NCBI GenBank assembly: GCA_041670805.1
Contig: JBAXYM010000002.1
Coordinates: 1,309-65,308, forward strand
Origin: Patescibacteria group bacterium
GTDB lineage: Bacteria; Patescibacteriota; Minisyncoccia; JAHIHE01; JAGLIN01
Direction: 5' to 3'
DNA: 64,000 nucleotides
Each line of letters begins with the position of its first letter. Within the stretch, counting starts at the first letter, position 1. The notes beneath the pieces are model-generated. The model saw nothing but the letters and a program-made list of their open reading frames with translations. It was not told where the DNA came from and made no database searches. Shown here in pieces: positions 19,246 through 28,184 of the stretch. A program made the translations under genes and the position numbers.

Positions 19246-20208
19246 CTACTTGGCTTTCAAAAAATTATATACGCTGCCGACACTGATCATTCCTTCCGCA
19301 CTCGCCGAGAGAACCTGCCGGATGCCGTTGGAACCGCTACTCACATCTCCCGCAGCGTAAAGTCCCGCGACATTCGTGGCGCAAGCCGCATCCACCATAA
19401 TATGCCCCGAAGCGTCAATGTCCACCCCCAGATCTTTCAAAAGCACACCGTTCGGAATCATCCCGATTTCCACAAAAATTCCGTCGAGCGGAAGTTCTTC
19501 GCTGCCTGCGTATTCCTTGTCCAGGATGATTTTTTCAACTTTCTTGTCGCCTTTTATCTCTTTGATATTAAACCCCGCAAGAATCTCAATTTTCGGATTC
19601 GATTTCGCCCTTTCCAGCATTATCGGTTCCGCCCGAAAATTATCACTGCGATGAATGAGATAAACCTTGCTCGCATGCTCGGAAAGCATCAGCGCCGCCA
19701 TCACCGCCGAGTTGCCACCGCCCGCCACCGCCACCATTTTCATTTTGAAAAACGCCGCGTCGCAGATCGCGCAATAGCTCACGCCGCGCCCCAAAAATTC
19801 TTCCTCGCCCGGAATGCCCAGCCTTTTTTCTTTGGTACCCGAGCAAATAATCACGGTTCGCGCTTCCAAAGTCTTATTCTGCGAAGTCTTAATTTTGAAA
19901 ATTTCCCCTTCTTTTTCAATGGCGACCATATCTTCCGGCAAAATCTCTCCTCCCAAACTCTTGGCTTGCTCGTAAAATTTATTGAGCAAATCAAACCCGC
20001 CGATGGATTTTTCACCCGGCCAATTCTCGATAAGATGCGCTTTACCCAAGGCACTGCCGCACATATCCCCCAACACCAAATGGTTTATCTTATATCGGGA
20101 AGCGTAGATGGAAGCGGTAAGTCCCGCCGGTCCCGCGCCCACTATTATCAAATCGTACATATTTTTCACTTTTACTTTTAAGCGCAAAGGAGGAACGCCT
20201 TTGGACAA
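19246..20208 (-). CDS. trxB: Thioredoxin-disulfide reductase.
   Basis: FAD GxGxxG (IIVGAGPAG), redox-active CAIC motif and NADPH site (VAVAGGGNSA). The true start is probably MYDLIIVG at about 20160. Confidence 0.9.
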   Translation of the reverse strand: MSKGVPPLRLKVKVKNMYDLIIVGAGPAGLTASIYASRYKINHLVLGDMCGSALGKAHLIENWPGEKSIGGFDLLNKFYEQAKSLGGEILPEDMVAIEKEGEIFKIKTSQNKTLEARTVIICSGTKEKRLGIPGEEEFLGRGVSYCAICDAAFFKMKMVAVAGGGNSAVMAALMLSEHASKVYLIHRSDNFRAEPIMLERAKSNPKIEILAGFNIKEIKGDKKVEKIILDKEYAGSEELPLDGIFVEIGMIPNGVLLKDLGVDIDASGHIMVDAACATNVAGLYAAGDVSSGSNGIRQVLSASAEGMISVGSVYNFLKAK

Positions 20209-20270
20209 ACAAGCGTCGCAAAAGGTTATTCCTCCTTAAAGACCATAGTCCGCGATAAATATCCTCTATT

Positions 20271-20391
20271 TGTCATTCCGGAATTTCGGTATCCTGAAAT
20301 ATCCGGAATCCCTGTGTTGTATGACTGAACAGACGTTACATATCTTCGTAAAGGGATCCCGGATATCCCCCTCCGGGGATTCCGGGATAAC
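20271..20391. repeat. Family-B core fragment (hairpin pair) between trxB and the ferredoxin gene.
   Basis: TGTCATTCCGGAATTTCGGTATCCTGAAATATCCGGAATCCC...GGATCCCGGATATCCCCCTCCGGGGATTCCGGGATAACAC. Confidence 0.65.
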
Positions 20392-20415
20392 ACGAAAAGA
20401 GAGGATGGTCAAAAC

Positions 20416-20607
20416 CTATTCTTCCGTTACTTTGATCGCTCCTACCGGACAACTGTTTGCCGCCACTTCCACGTCGCCGCTCGCTCCGTTTGCATCAATC
20501 ACTTCCGACTTGCCGTCGTTACCCAAAGAAAAAACCTTCGGACACAGGTTGGCGCAAGCGCCGCATCCGATACAAAGTTCCTGGTCCACTGTTACTTTTT
20601 TTGCCAT
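20416..20607 (-). CDS. Ferredoxin, single [4Fe-4S] cluster type.
   Basis: 63 aa with CIGCGACANLCP and a distal CP (ANSCPVGAI) as the fourth ligand. Confidence 0.75.
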   Translation of the reverse strand: MAKKVTVDQELCIGCGACANLCPKVFSLGNDGKSEVIDANGASGDVEVAANSCPVGAIKVTEE

Positions 20608-20616
20608 AAATTTATT

Positions 20617-21012
20617 TTATTTACCAATTAAATCCTTAATTTTTTCCACCAACGCTTCTCTGGGCTGCAGCCCGGTCATCTCATCAACCACTTCTCCTTT
20701 CTTGAAAAATTTAAGCGCGGGAATGCTCAAAATCTCATACTTACCGGCAATGTTCGGGTTATCATCGACATTCACTTTGCGCACTGTGATTTTCCCTGCG
20801 AATTCTTTCGCCGTCTCTTCCAAAATCGGTCCCATCATTTTACACGGACCGCACCAAGGAGCCCAAAAATCCACCAGCACGACACCGTCATTTTGCAGAA
20901 CTTCCTTGTCGAAACTCTCTTCGTTTATATCCATTTCCATACGTTTTTGCCTTTCTTCAAGATTAGGGTTAAAATTCTCCATCCGATGATCCTTTTCCGC
21001 TTTTGTTAACAA
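20617..21012 (-). CDS. trxA: Thioredoxin.
   Basis: WAPWCGPCK active site. The start is probably downstream of the ORF-track start (about 20940). Confidence 0.85.
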   Translation of the reverse strand: MLTKAEKDHRMENFNPNLEERQKRMEMDINEESFDKEVLQNDGVVLVDFWAPWCGPCKMMGPILEETAKEFAGKITVRKVNVDDNPNIAGKYEILSIPALKFFKKGEVVDEMTGLQPREALVEKIKDLIGK

Positions 21013-21112
21013 TATAAAGGACGGATAATTTAGTTGAACCGAAATCCATACTTAATTTGATTAAATTATGCTATAATCCATATAAGCTAATAATATAATA
21101 TTTGAGAAAAAG

Positions 21113-22177
21113 ATGCAAACAAAAAAGAAAGTCGTGATTGTAGGCGGCGGACCGGCGGGACTAAGCGCGGCATCGGAGCTTGCGCGAAACGAAAATTTCG
21201 AGGTCACCGTTCTGGAAAAGAACCCTAAACCGAGCTACAAAGTCTGCGGCGGAGGCGTTCACCCCGATTTCTTCAAAACTCTTGTTTCGCCGGATATTAT
21301 GGACCGCGAATTCGAAATGCTCCTTCTTAAGACGCCGAAGAGCCGCTTCCCTTTGAGCTACGGCAAAAAAGTTTTTATGGGTACTTTGAGTCGCAAGAAG
21401 CTCAACGAGAGACTGACGGAAAAGGCGCAAGCCGCGGGAGCGCAAGTCCTTTTCGGCAAAACCGTGAAAGAGATCGGAAAAGACAAGCTCATTACTTTCA
21501 ACGGCGAGGAATTTCCTTTTGACTATTTAATCGGCGCTGACGGAGCCACTTCCGCGGTGCGCAAAAGCCTGGGGCTGCCGACCGAAGAATTCATAATCGC
21601 TTACCAATATATGATTCCGGGTGATTATAAAGATATTGAGATAGAGGTCGACTTCAAAAAATTCGGGCTCACCTACAGCTGGATATTTCCGCAAAAAGGC
21701 GTCATCTCCGTCGGTACCGGATACGCCGCAAAAGACGAGAAAACCCCGGAAGAGATCAAAAAGCTGCGCGAAAATTTTGACGCGTGGTGCAAAGAACGCT
21801 TCTCTCTGGAAGGCGCCCGCTTCGAAGGCTTCACCATCAATTACGATTATCGCGGCTTCGAATTCGGCAATGTCTATCTCTGCGGAGACGCGGGCGGTTT
21901 CTCCTCCGGGCTTACCGGCGAAGGAATAAAACCGGCCGTTCGCTCCGGCATTGATGTGGCGCGCAGAATACAGGATCCGAATTACAGATGCGTCAACATC
22001 GAAAATTGCTTGGCTATCAAAAAGAGAGAGGACGGCATCTTGCGACTGCTCCTCAGCCGCCCCTGGGGCAGATTTCTCACTCCCGTCGCTTCCGCTTTAT
22101 TTGATTCCAACCGGATCAAAAAGGCACTGATCAAATTCGTTGACGTATGCACAAAAACGGAAAAAACCGACTCGTAA
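21113..22177 (+). CDS. FAD-dependent oxidoreductase, geranylgeranyl reductase family.
   Basis: VVIVGGGPAGLSAA dinucleotide-binding motif and KVCGGGV motif typical of GGR-family flavoproteins. Confidence 0.6.
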   Translation: MQTKKKVVIVGGGPAGLSAASELARNENFEVTVLEKNPKPSYKVCGGGVHPDFFKTLVSPDIMDREFEMLLLKTPKSRFPLSYGKKVFMGTLSRKKLNERLTEKAQAAGAQVLFGKTVKEIGKDKLITFNGEEFPFDYLIGADGATSAVRKSLGLPTEEFIIAYQYMIPGDYKDIEIEVDFKKFGLTYSWIFPQKGVISVGTGYAAKDEKTPEEIKKLRENFDAWCKERFSLEGARFEGFTINYDYRGFEFGNVYLCGDAGGFSSGLTGEGIKPAVRSGIDVARRIQDPNYRCVNIENCLAIKKREDGILRLLLSRPWGRFLTPVASALFDSNRIKKALIKFVDVCTKTEKTDS

Positions 22178-22190
22178 AGTCGGTTTTTGC
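22161..22190 (+). terminator. Rho-independent terminator; the stop codon of the upstream oxidoreductase lies in its loop.
   Basis: AAAAACCGACT-cgtaa-AGTCGGTTTTT hairpin followed by a T-run. Confidence 0.6.
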
Positions 22191-22325
22191 TTAGTTCAAA
22201 AAATAAATGTTTCCATATCTTGCGGAAATGGATTATTATCCGTCTCGTTGTGAAAAGAAATATTTTAACGAGATATGTTTGATAATAATCATCTGTCATT
22301 GATAGAGATTTGATCTTGACGCATT

Positions 22326-22404
22326 CGGATCACACCAGAGATAGTGTGGAATGCTACATAAAAACGTTTTGTCCTGCGTTGTTCACATCATTTCTGATGT
22401 GATC
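22326..22404. repeat. Family-A element, copy 10.
   Basis: Full arms (right arm is the CTGATGTGATCC variant). Confidence 0.9.
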
Positions 22405-22414
22405 CAAACCCTTT

Positions 22415-23323
22415 TTACCCTTCAAAAAGATCCGTACTTAAATATCTTTCTCCCGAATCCGCCAAGAGTGTCACGATTCTTTTTCCCCTGCCCAATTCCT
22501 TGGCCTTGCGCACCGCCGTATACATAGCCGCGCCGGAGCTCATTCCTGAGAGAATTCCTTCCTCGCGCGCCAGTCTTCGGGAAAATTCGTGAGTGAGAGG
22601 GATTTCCTCGGGAGAAAGTTCTATCATCTCATCGAAATATTCAGCGGAGTAAATTTTGGATCCGTTTTCTTCTCTGGGATTTCTAAGTCCCTGAATGGAA
22701 GTCCCCAGTTCCGGCGTGACGCCTACGATCTTTATATCCGGATTGCGCGCTTTTAGTTTCTTCGAAATGCCGATGCCCGTCCCCGCCGTGCCTACCGCAA
22801 TGACCACCATATCGATTTTTCCGTCCGTGTCCCGCCAAATTTCTTCGGCCGTAGTCTCAAAGTGCGACAAGATGTTGATCTCACTGCCGAACTGGTTAAG
22901 GGGAATGTATTTTTCCGGTTCTTTCGCAACCATTTCATCCTTGAGGGTGATTGCCCCGCCCGTGCCCTTGTTGCCGGGAGACAAAATCAGTTGCGCGCCA
23001 TATGCCTTGATAATTTTTCTCCGTTCGATACTCACGGATTCAGGCATTACAATCGCAATTTTATAGCCTTTCACCGCGCCAATCATAGCCAATCCGATTC
23101 CCGTATTCCCTGAAGTGGCTTCGATAATGATTTTATCCTCAATATCCGGATGATTCTTCTTGGCATCTTCAACAAGATAGAGCGCCAGCCGATCTTTCAC
23201 AGACCCGCCGATATTCATCTTCTCCAACTTAACCAAAATCTCTGCGTCTTCCGATCCGACCATTTTATTAATTCGAGCCATCGGCGTGTTTCCGATAAGA
23301 TTCAAGATACTGTCATAAATCAT
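22415..23323 (-). CDS. cysK: Cysteine synthase (O-acetylserine sulfhydrylase).
   Basis: PLP-lysine motif (GGSVKDRLA), glycine-rich GTGGT loop, 302 aa. Confidence 0.85.
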   Translation of the reverse strand: MIYDSILNLIGNTPMARINKMVGSEDAEILVKLEKMNIGGSVKDRLALYLVEDAKKNHPDIEDKIIIEATSGNTGIGLAMIGAVKGYKIAIVMPESVSIERRKIIKAYGAQLILSPGNKGTGGAITLKDEMVAKEPEKYIPLNQFGSEINILSHFETTAEEIWRDTDGKIDMVVIAVGTAGTGIGISKKLKARNPDIKIVGVTPELGTSIQGLRNPREENGSKIYSAEYFDEMIELSPEEIPLTHEFSRRLAREEGILSGMSSGAAMYTAVRKAKELGRGKRIVTLLADSGERYLSTDLFEG

Positions 23324-23534
23324 GAAAAGTGATAATTAAAAAATAATAAAAAAATCGTCCGAAAGGTCGATTTATTGCTATGCGAACAAAAAAACCAACC
23401 TGTCTTGAAATAACGTCATACCGAGACAGAAACCTTACAACAACAGATAAGCTGATTTTTCATATGAAATATAACAATCATAAGCTTGAAAAAATAATAG
23501 CACTCTTGGCTCTATTGTCAACAATTAAGACGGA

Positions 23535-23666
23535 CTGACCCACCTGCACTTTAAATTACTTATTTTTTTGCTTTCTAAAGGCTGTCATCCCGGAATTTGC
23601 GCAGCAAATATCCGGGATCCCGTTGCTAAGCCGGTAGAAATAAAATACAATACTTGCCTTGCTCCG
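23535..23666. repeat. Family-B fragment (inverted orientation) joined to A copy 11.
   Basis: CTGACCCACCTGCACTTT...GCTTTCTAAAGGCTGTCATCCCGGAATTTGCGCAGCAAATATCCGGGATCCCG. Confidence 0.65.
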
Positions 23667-23683
23667 TTATTATCCTGAATTAT

Positions 23684-23762
23684 GGATCACACCAAAAATG
23701 GTGTGAACGATGCAGGACAAAACGTTTTTTGCGTAGCATTCACACCATTTCTGGTGTGATCC
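23684..23762. repeat. Family-A element, copy 11 (adjacent to a family-B fragment).
   Basis: Full arms. Confidence 0.9.
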
Positions 23763-23962
23763 ACAAATGCAGTCTGAACATTGCCGGTGTTTTCTAAGAC
23801 AGTAAGAACAGTCCTTTTGATTCCGTAAGAACTGTCCTTTCCCCCTGTATTATTCCGGTAAGCAATCCGACTTTTACTCAGACACAAAGCTTTTTCTCCT
23901 GAAATAAAACACGCTTTTTGTCATCCTCGTAAGGATCCCTTAAGCCACTTAATAACCCGGCC

Positions 23963-26188
23963 TTAATCATCAAACCTAATCACTTCTCCCGGCTTGATTT
24001 CTTTCGCTTCTTTTTTGGTTTCGCCTGCGGGAATGTTCTGCGTATCAATAATAGGGCTTTCCCTCTTCGGAATCGCAACCGGTTTTGCGATCCGGGGTTT
24101 CGGCAAAATAATTTCTTGTTTTTTGACAGCGGCAACGAAAACCTCCTCAATTTCGTTTATCCGCGTCACCTCGGGAGCAGACGGCTCGGAGACAATGGGA
24201 ATGGCAGGCGTTATTTTTTCATCCGTCCGCATTTCTTGAGGAACGGCATTTGCAGTTTCGCGACTTGCAATTTGTTTCCTCCGCCCCTCCGCCGCCAGCC
24301 GCTTCCGCTCGTAAAATTCAATCATTTTTTGCGGGTCGTAAGAAAATTTTTTCTGTTCGATTTTGGGCGCTACAGCCTCCGCACTTTCCTTCTTCAAAAC
24401 ATCAATGGGCTGTGTTTTCTTCTCCGCAACGGTTTCTCCGCTCTCCATCCGGACAGGTTCCTCTTTTGGCATCGCCCCTGGCACGACTTCCAGTGTCTGA
24501 GGATGAATCGAAGCAGGCGGAACAGAAGGAGCGACAACGGGCGCACTCTCCATTATCGGCGTAACAATTGAAGACTGGGATGGTGGCACTTCCGTTTCTT
24601 TCTGCAAAACCGGAGCCGCCGCCTCAACGGGCGCGGCAGGCTGCTGAACGATTTGAGGTTGTGAAAACTTCGCGCTCTCCGTCGGCTGCTGGCGGGCTTT
24701 CAAAAGACAATCCTTGCAGTATGTCGCACGCGCCGGATCCGGCTGAAAAGGAACTTTTATCGCCGTACCGCAAGTCGCGCAAACGGCATCCCACATCTCG
24801 CGATTATCCGTTTTTTCTTTTTTCTCTCCCGGCGCGGAAGGCTCGTTTCGCAATTCACCGCTCTCCTCGTCTTTGACATATCCCGACCAGCGCGCGACTT
24901 TGTCCTCCACTTCCTCTCTTTTCTTGGTGTAGCGCTCGCGCGATACTCGAATAATTTTTTCCGGATCGCTCTTTTCCGTAATTTCAATCGGCGGCAATGA
25001 AGTGGCGCTGAAAGCGTCGCCGGACACGCCATCGATCATCAGCTTCAAGTACATATCATATTTAGCCAAATTGACCAAATCATTCATCATAAAAATCGGC
25101 TCGAATTCCTTTTCCAAAAATTCCGCATCCGTGGCTCCCACCCGAAAACTGACAATGGTTCCGACATTGCCGAAGATGGCATCACTCACCGTCTCTTCCA
25201 ATTGACCGATATATTGGTGCGCCACGATCAGATCCAGACGATACTTGCGCGCCTCGGACAAAATTCCCGCGAAAGATTCCGTGGCGAAATTTTGGAACTC
25301 ATCGACGTAGAGATAAAAATCCTGACGCTCCTCTTCCGGCGTATCCACGCGCCCCATCGCCGCCAACTGGATCTTGGTGATAATCATCGCCCCCAGCAAG
25401 GCGCTGTAATCTTCCCCGATTCTTCCCTTGGAAAGATTAACGATAAGAATTTTGCGATTGTCCATTATATCGCGCATATCGATGGAAGAATGCGGCTGCG
25501 AAACGATGTTACGCACCAAGGAGCTCGACAAAAACTGCCCGACCTTGTTCTGAATCGGAGAAATCGCTTCAACCGTAAATTGTTTGGAATACTTCGTAAA
25601 TTCGTCCGTCCAGAAAGTCTTCACCACAGGATCGGAAATCTTGCTCACCACTTTCTTGCGATAATCGTCATCGATAAGCAGGCGCGGCACTCCCAAAAGA
25701 GTGCTGTCCGGATATTCCAAGAGCGCCAAAATCGTATTTCGCAAAAGATACTCCAGCCGAGGACCCCAAGAATCCGCCCAAATTTTCTTGAAAACTCCGA
25801 TGAGCCCCGAGGCGATGAGATGGCGATATTTTGGATCAACGTGCTCCATCACATTAAAAGCAATCGGATAATCTATATCCGCCGGATTGAAATATATGAC
25901 GTCGTTGACTCGGGACGGAGGAATAAAATTCAGAACCTCCTCCGCCAGATCTCCGTGCGGATCAACTACCGCCAGCCCCTGTCCGCTTTGAATATCGGAG
26001 ATGATCATATTCTCCAAAAGGGTGGTCTTGCCCATACCGGTCTTTCCAATTACATACATATGCCGGCGACGATCCTCCCGCTTGATGCCGAAGACATGTT
26101 CCTGTCCGCGAAAATTGGTCTTGCCGAAATAGGTAATATCGTTCTTTTCCATAATTTTGTTTATTTGAATATATCCCTCCATTGTCAC
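23963..26188 (-). CDS. VirD4/TraD/TrwB-family type IV coupling-protein-like ATPase, with no N-terminal TM, plus a C-terminal Zn-ribbon and a Pro/Ala-rich tail.
   Basis: Walker A in T4CP context (YVIGKTGMGKTTLL...GLAVVDPHGDL), Walker B (LYVDEFQNF) and the conserved VAHQYIGQL motif. The C-terminus has CATCG...CKDC and a low-complexity region. Confidence 0.55.
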   Translation of the reverse strand: MTMEGYIQINKIMEKNDITYFGKTNFRGQEHVFGIKREDRRRHMYVIGKTGMGKTTLLENMIISDIQSGQGLAVVDPHGDLAEEVLNFIPPSRVNDVIYFNPADIDYPIAFNVMEHVDPKYRHLIASGLIGVFKKIWADSWGPRLEYLLRNTILALLEYPDSTLLGVPRLLIDDDYRKKVVSKISDPVVKTFWTDEFTKYSKQFTVEAISPIQNKVGQFLSSSLVRNIVSQPHSSIDMRDIMDNRKILIVNLSKGRIGEDYSALLGAMIITKIQLAAMGRVDTPEEERQDFYLYVDEFQNFATESFAGILSEARKYRLDLIVAHQYIGQLEETVSDAIFGNVGTIVSFRVGATDAEFLEKEFEPIFMMNDLVNLAKYDMYLKLMIDGVSGDAFSATSLPPIEITEKSDPEKIIRVSRERYTKKREEVEDKVARWSGYVKDEESGELRNEPSAPGEKKEKTDNREMWDAVCATCGTAIKVPFQPDPARATYCKDCLLKARQQPTESAKFSQPQIVQQPAAPVEAAAPVLQKETEVPPSQSSIVTPIMESAPVVAPSVPPASIHPQTLEVVPGAMPKEEPVRMESGETVAEKKTQPIDVLKKESAEAVAPKIEQKKFSYDPQKMIEFYERKRLAAEGRRKQIASRETANAVPQEMRTDEKITPAIPIVSEPSAPEVTRINEIEEVFVAAVKKQEIILPKPRIAKPVAIPKRESPIIDTQNIPAGETKKEAKEIKPGEVIRFDD

Positions 26189-26263
26189 TGCAAACTCTCA
26201 ATCGCACAGCATCCTGAGGTCGAAGGATCTTGAGCTAAAATTCGCCCAGTTTTGTGTTCTTTC

Positions 26264-26821
26264 CTAGCTTCCATCAGCGGTTGCATCCCGATAACAGCCG
26301 GGGCAAACCCATGCATTATTACCACCACCACATCCGGAACCATAAGGACTGCCGAGAGTGGTCGCAGACGAAGCTCCATTGGATCCGACACAATAAAATT
26401 TTTGCGCCCCCGGCAACCAAACCAATATGGTAAATTTGGGGTAAGGCGCGCCCGCCGTATATGCAAAAACACGATATCCACTTGAAGATCCTATATTATT
26501 TACGATGCTTTTACATGCAACTCTAACACTTGCAGGATTAGAGGTGGAGCCGAATTGTGCATCACAAACCTGATTAGCAGTCCCCGCCCAATCAAAGAAA
26601 TAATATGCTGAATAATCCTGCGATGCGGTAGCGTCTATCTGCGCCGCTTTCATTATGGAATCTGCCGACTGCATTATCGCCGCATCCTTCGCTTTCAACC
26701 GCGCCCCATTTAGCGAAGTCATCGCAATAGTAGACAACACGCCGATAATGGAAATCACCACAAGAAGCTCAATGAGAGTAAAACCGTTTCTTGAATACCT
26801 TAAATATTGTTTTCTCTTCAT
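26264..26821 (-). CDS. Type IV pilin / pseudopilin (prepilin-type N-terminal cleavage/methylation domain).
   Basis: N-terminus RNGFTLIELLVVISIIGVL (class III signal peptide with the conserved Glu at +5). Confidence 0.8.
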   Translation of the reverse strand: MKRKQYLRYSRNGFTLIELLVVISIIGVLSTIAMTSLNGARLKAKDAAIMQSADSIMKAAQIDATASQDYSAYYFFDWAGTANQVCDAQFGSTSNPASVRVACKSIVNNIGSSSGYRVFAYTAGAPYPKFTILVWLPGAQKFYCVGSNGASSATTLGSPYGSGCGGGNNAWVCPGCYRDATADGS

Positions 26822-26896
26822 CTTTAATCTCTTATAAATTAATCTTTATCGGCACCGTTTGCACATTAAAAAACGCATCAACCGCAGACTAATATG

Positions 26897-28165
26897 TCAT
26901 ATTGGCAAAGTTGCCGGCGGCTTGCCTTTTTTGGCTTCCACTTTCGGCACCAGCGAGCCTCTGACTTCTTTGGTTGGAAAGTGATAGAGAGTCGCCAACT
27001 CGTCCGAAGTCATTATATAGCTTTTGAAATCCAAAGTTCTGTCCTTGTATTTCCGCAGTATCGCTCTTTTTTTTACTTTCTTTCTCGCGTCGGGAAAGAA
27101 ATAATAGGCGCTGGTTTTCGTTCTTGCGTCCGGTCGGATGCTATTCATCAGATCACTCCCAAACTGCGTAAAATACGCAAAGAACTGCGCGTTGGCTTTT
27201 GCTTTATTAAAAGCGCTCCTTTTTGCGGCATAAATATAGCGGATGTCGGTTTCAAACCCCGGTCTTTTCAGTTTTTCATCAATGGCATCAATAACCGCCC
27301 TTTCTCCCGAAGACAAGTGTAGCATCATACTCGGCAGATCATTGCTCTTTTTCTCCGCCGGCGCAGTTTCGCCCGTACTGAAAAAACCGGAGATCCCTTT
27401 CACCGCGCTGCTTAGCATCTCCGACCAAAATCCCGGTTTGGGTTCCGGCACCGCTCTTCCCGCTAATTTCAAAACTGTGTTTTGGGCGCTTTTCTTCCAC
27501 TCCTCGCTGGTAGGTCGCACCAGAATCTGAATCCAAAACTGTTCTCCCGGCCCCAGAGCGTTAACACCCTCCACGATGACACTCAGAGGATCAATAAACT
27601 CTCCCGAGGCGATATCTTCGAACTCCTTGTATGTCCGAATAGGATACGCATTGTCTTTGCTCAGTTTCATATCCGTCCCCCAAATATCATAGTCTTCATT
27701 GGGAATGTCGTCGGGAATGCTGGTGACGTATTCTTCCGCCTCTTGGATTTCCGCATCGGGATATTGCGCGTAAATATGAGATTTGACGAAAGGCAGATCT
27801 CCATCCATCACGCGGATATAAAAATGCACGTCACCCTCAAAGCTGACGATTTCAAAACTGAACCAAGACTCAACCACACCGTCGATATAGGTATCATAAA
27901 GAGTATCTATCGCGGCATCAAGACCGCTCGACAGCGCCGTAAAAAATTCCTCCATCGTCTTTGGTCTGATTTCCACTCCGGAAGGAACTTTGATTTCCAG
28001 AAGATGCCATTTTATATTTCTGATGTTTTTTTCCTGCACATAAACCGTCCAAAAATAATGGAACATCGGCCACATTACAAAAAAAGAAAAAAACCACCAA
28101 TATTCAAGGTAAACGCGGAGCGCCCCCTTGATGGATTCGTAGATGATAACGGAAAAACTTATCAT
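26897..28165 (-). CDS. Hypothetical membrane-anchored protein of unknown function, in the pilin/T4CP operon.
   Basis: 422 aa with an N-terminal hydrophobic region (WWFFSFFVMWPMFHYFWTV) and no recognisable catalytic motif. Short intergenic gaps to its neighbours (19 and 75 nt). Confidence 0.5.
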   Translation of the reverse strand: MISFSVIIYESIKGALRVYLEYWWFFSFFVMWPMFHYFWTVYVQEKNIRNIKWHLLEIKVPSGVEIRPKTMEEFFTALSSGLDAAIDTLYDTYIDGVVESWFSFEIVSFEGDVHFYIRVMDGDLPFVKSHIYAQYPDAEIQEAEEYVTSIPDDIPNEDYDIWGTDMKLSKDNAYPIRTYKEFEDIASGEFIDPLSVIVEGVNALGPGEQFWIQILVRPTSEEWKKSAQNTVLKLAGRAVPEPKPGFWSEMLSSAVKGISGFFSTGETAPAEKKSNDLPSMMLHLSSGERAVIDAIDEKLKRPGFETDIRYIYAAKRSAFNKAKANAQFFAYFTQFGSDLMNSIRPDARTKTSAYYFFPDARKKVKKRAILRKYKDRTLDFKSYIMTSDELATLYHFPTKEVRGSLVPKVEAKKGKPPATLPI

Positions 28166-28184
28166 ATTTTGTTTTATGCCTAAA

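Noticed and set aside
23345-23375. Hairpin AATCGTCCGAAAGGTCGATT followed, on the minus strand, by a T-run, just upstream of cysK.
   Set aside because: The stem has one mismatch. It would leave no room for a cysK promoter if it terminated the upstream operon, and the 600-nt repeat-filled gap already separates the operons. I kept it as a low-confidence note rather than a feature.
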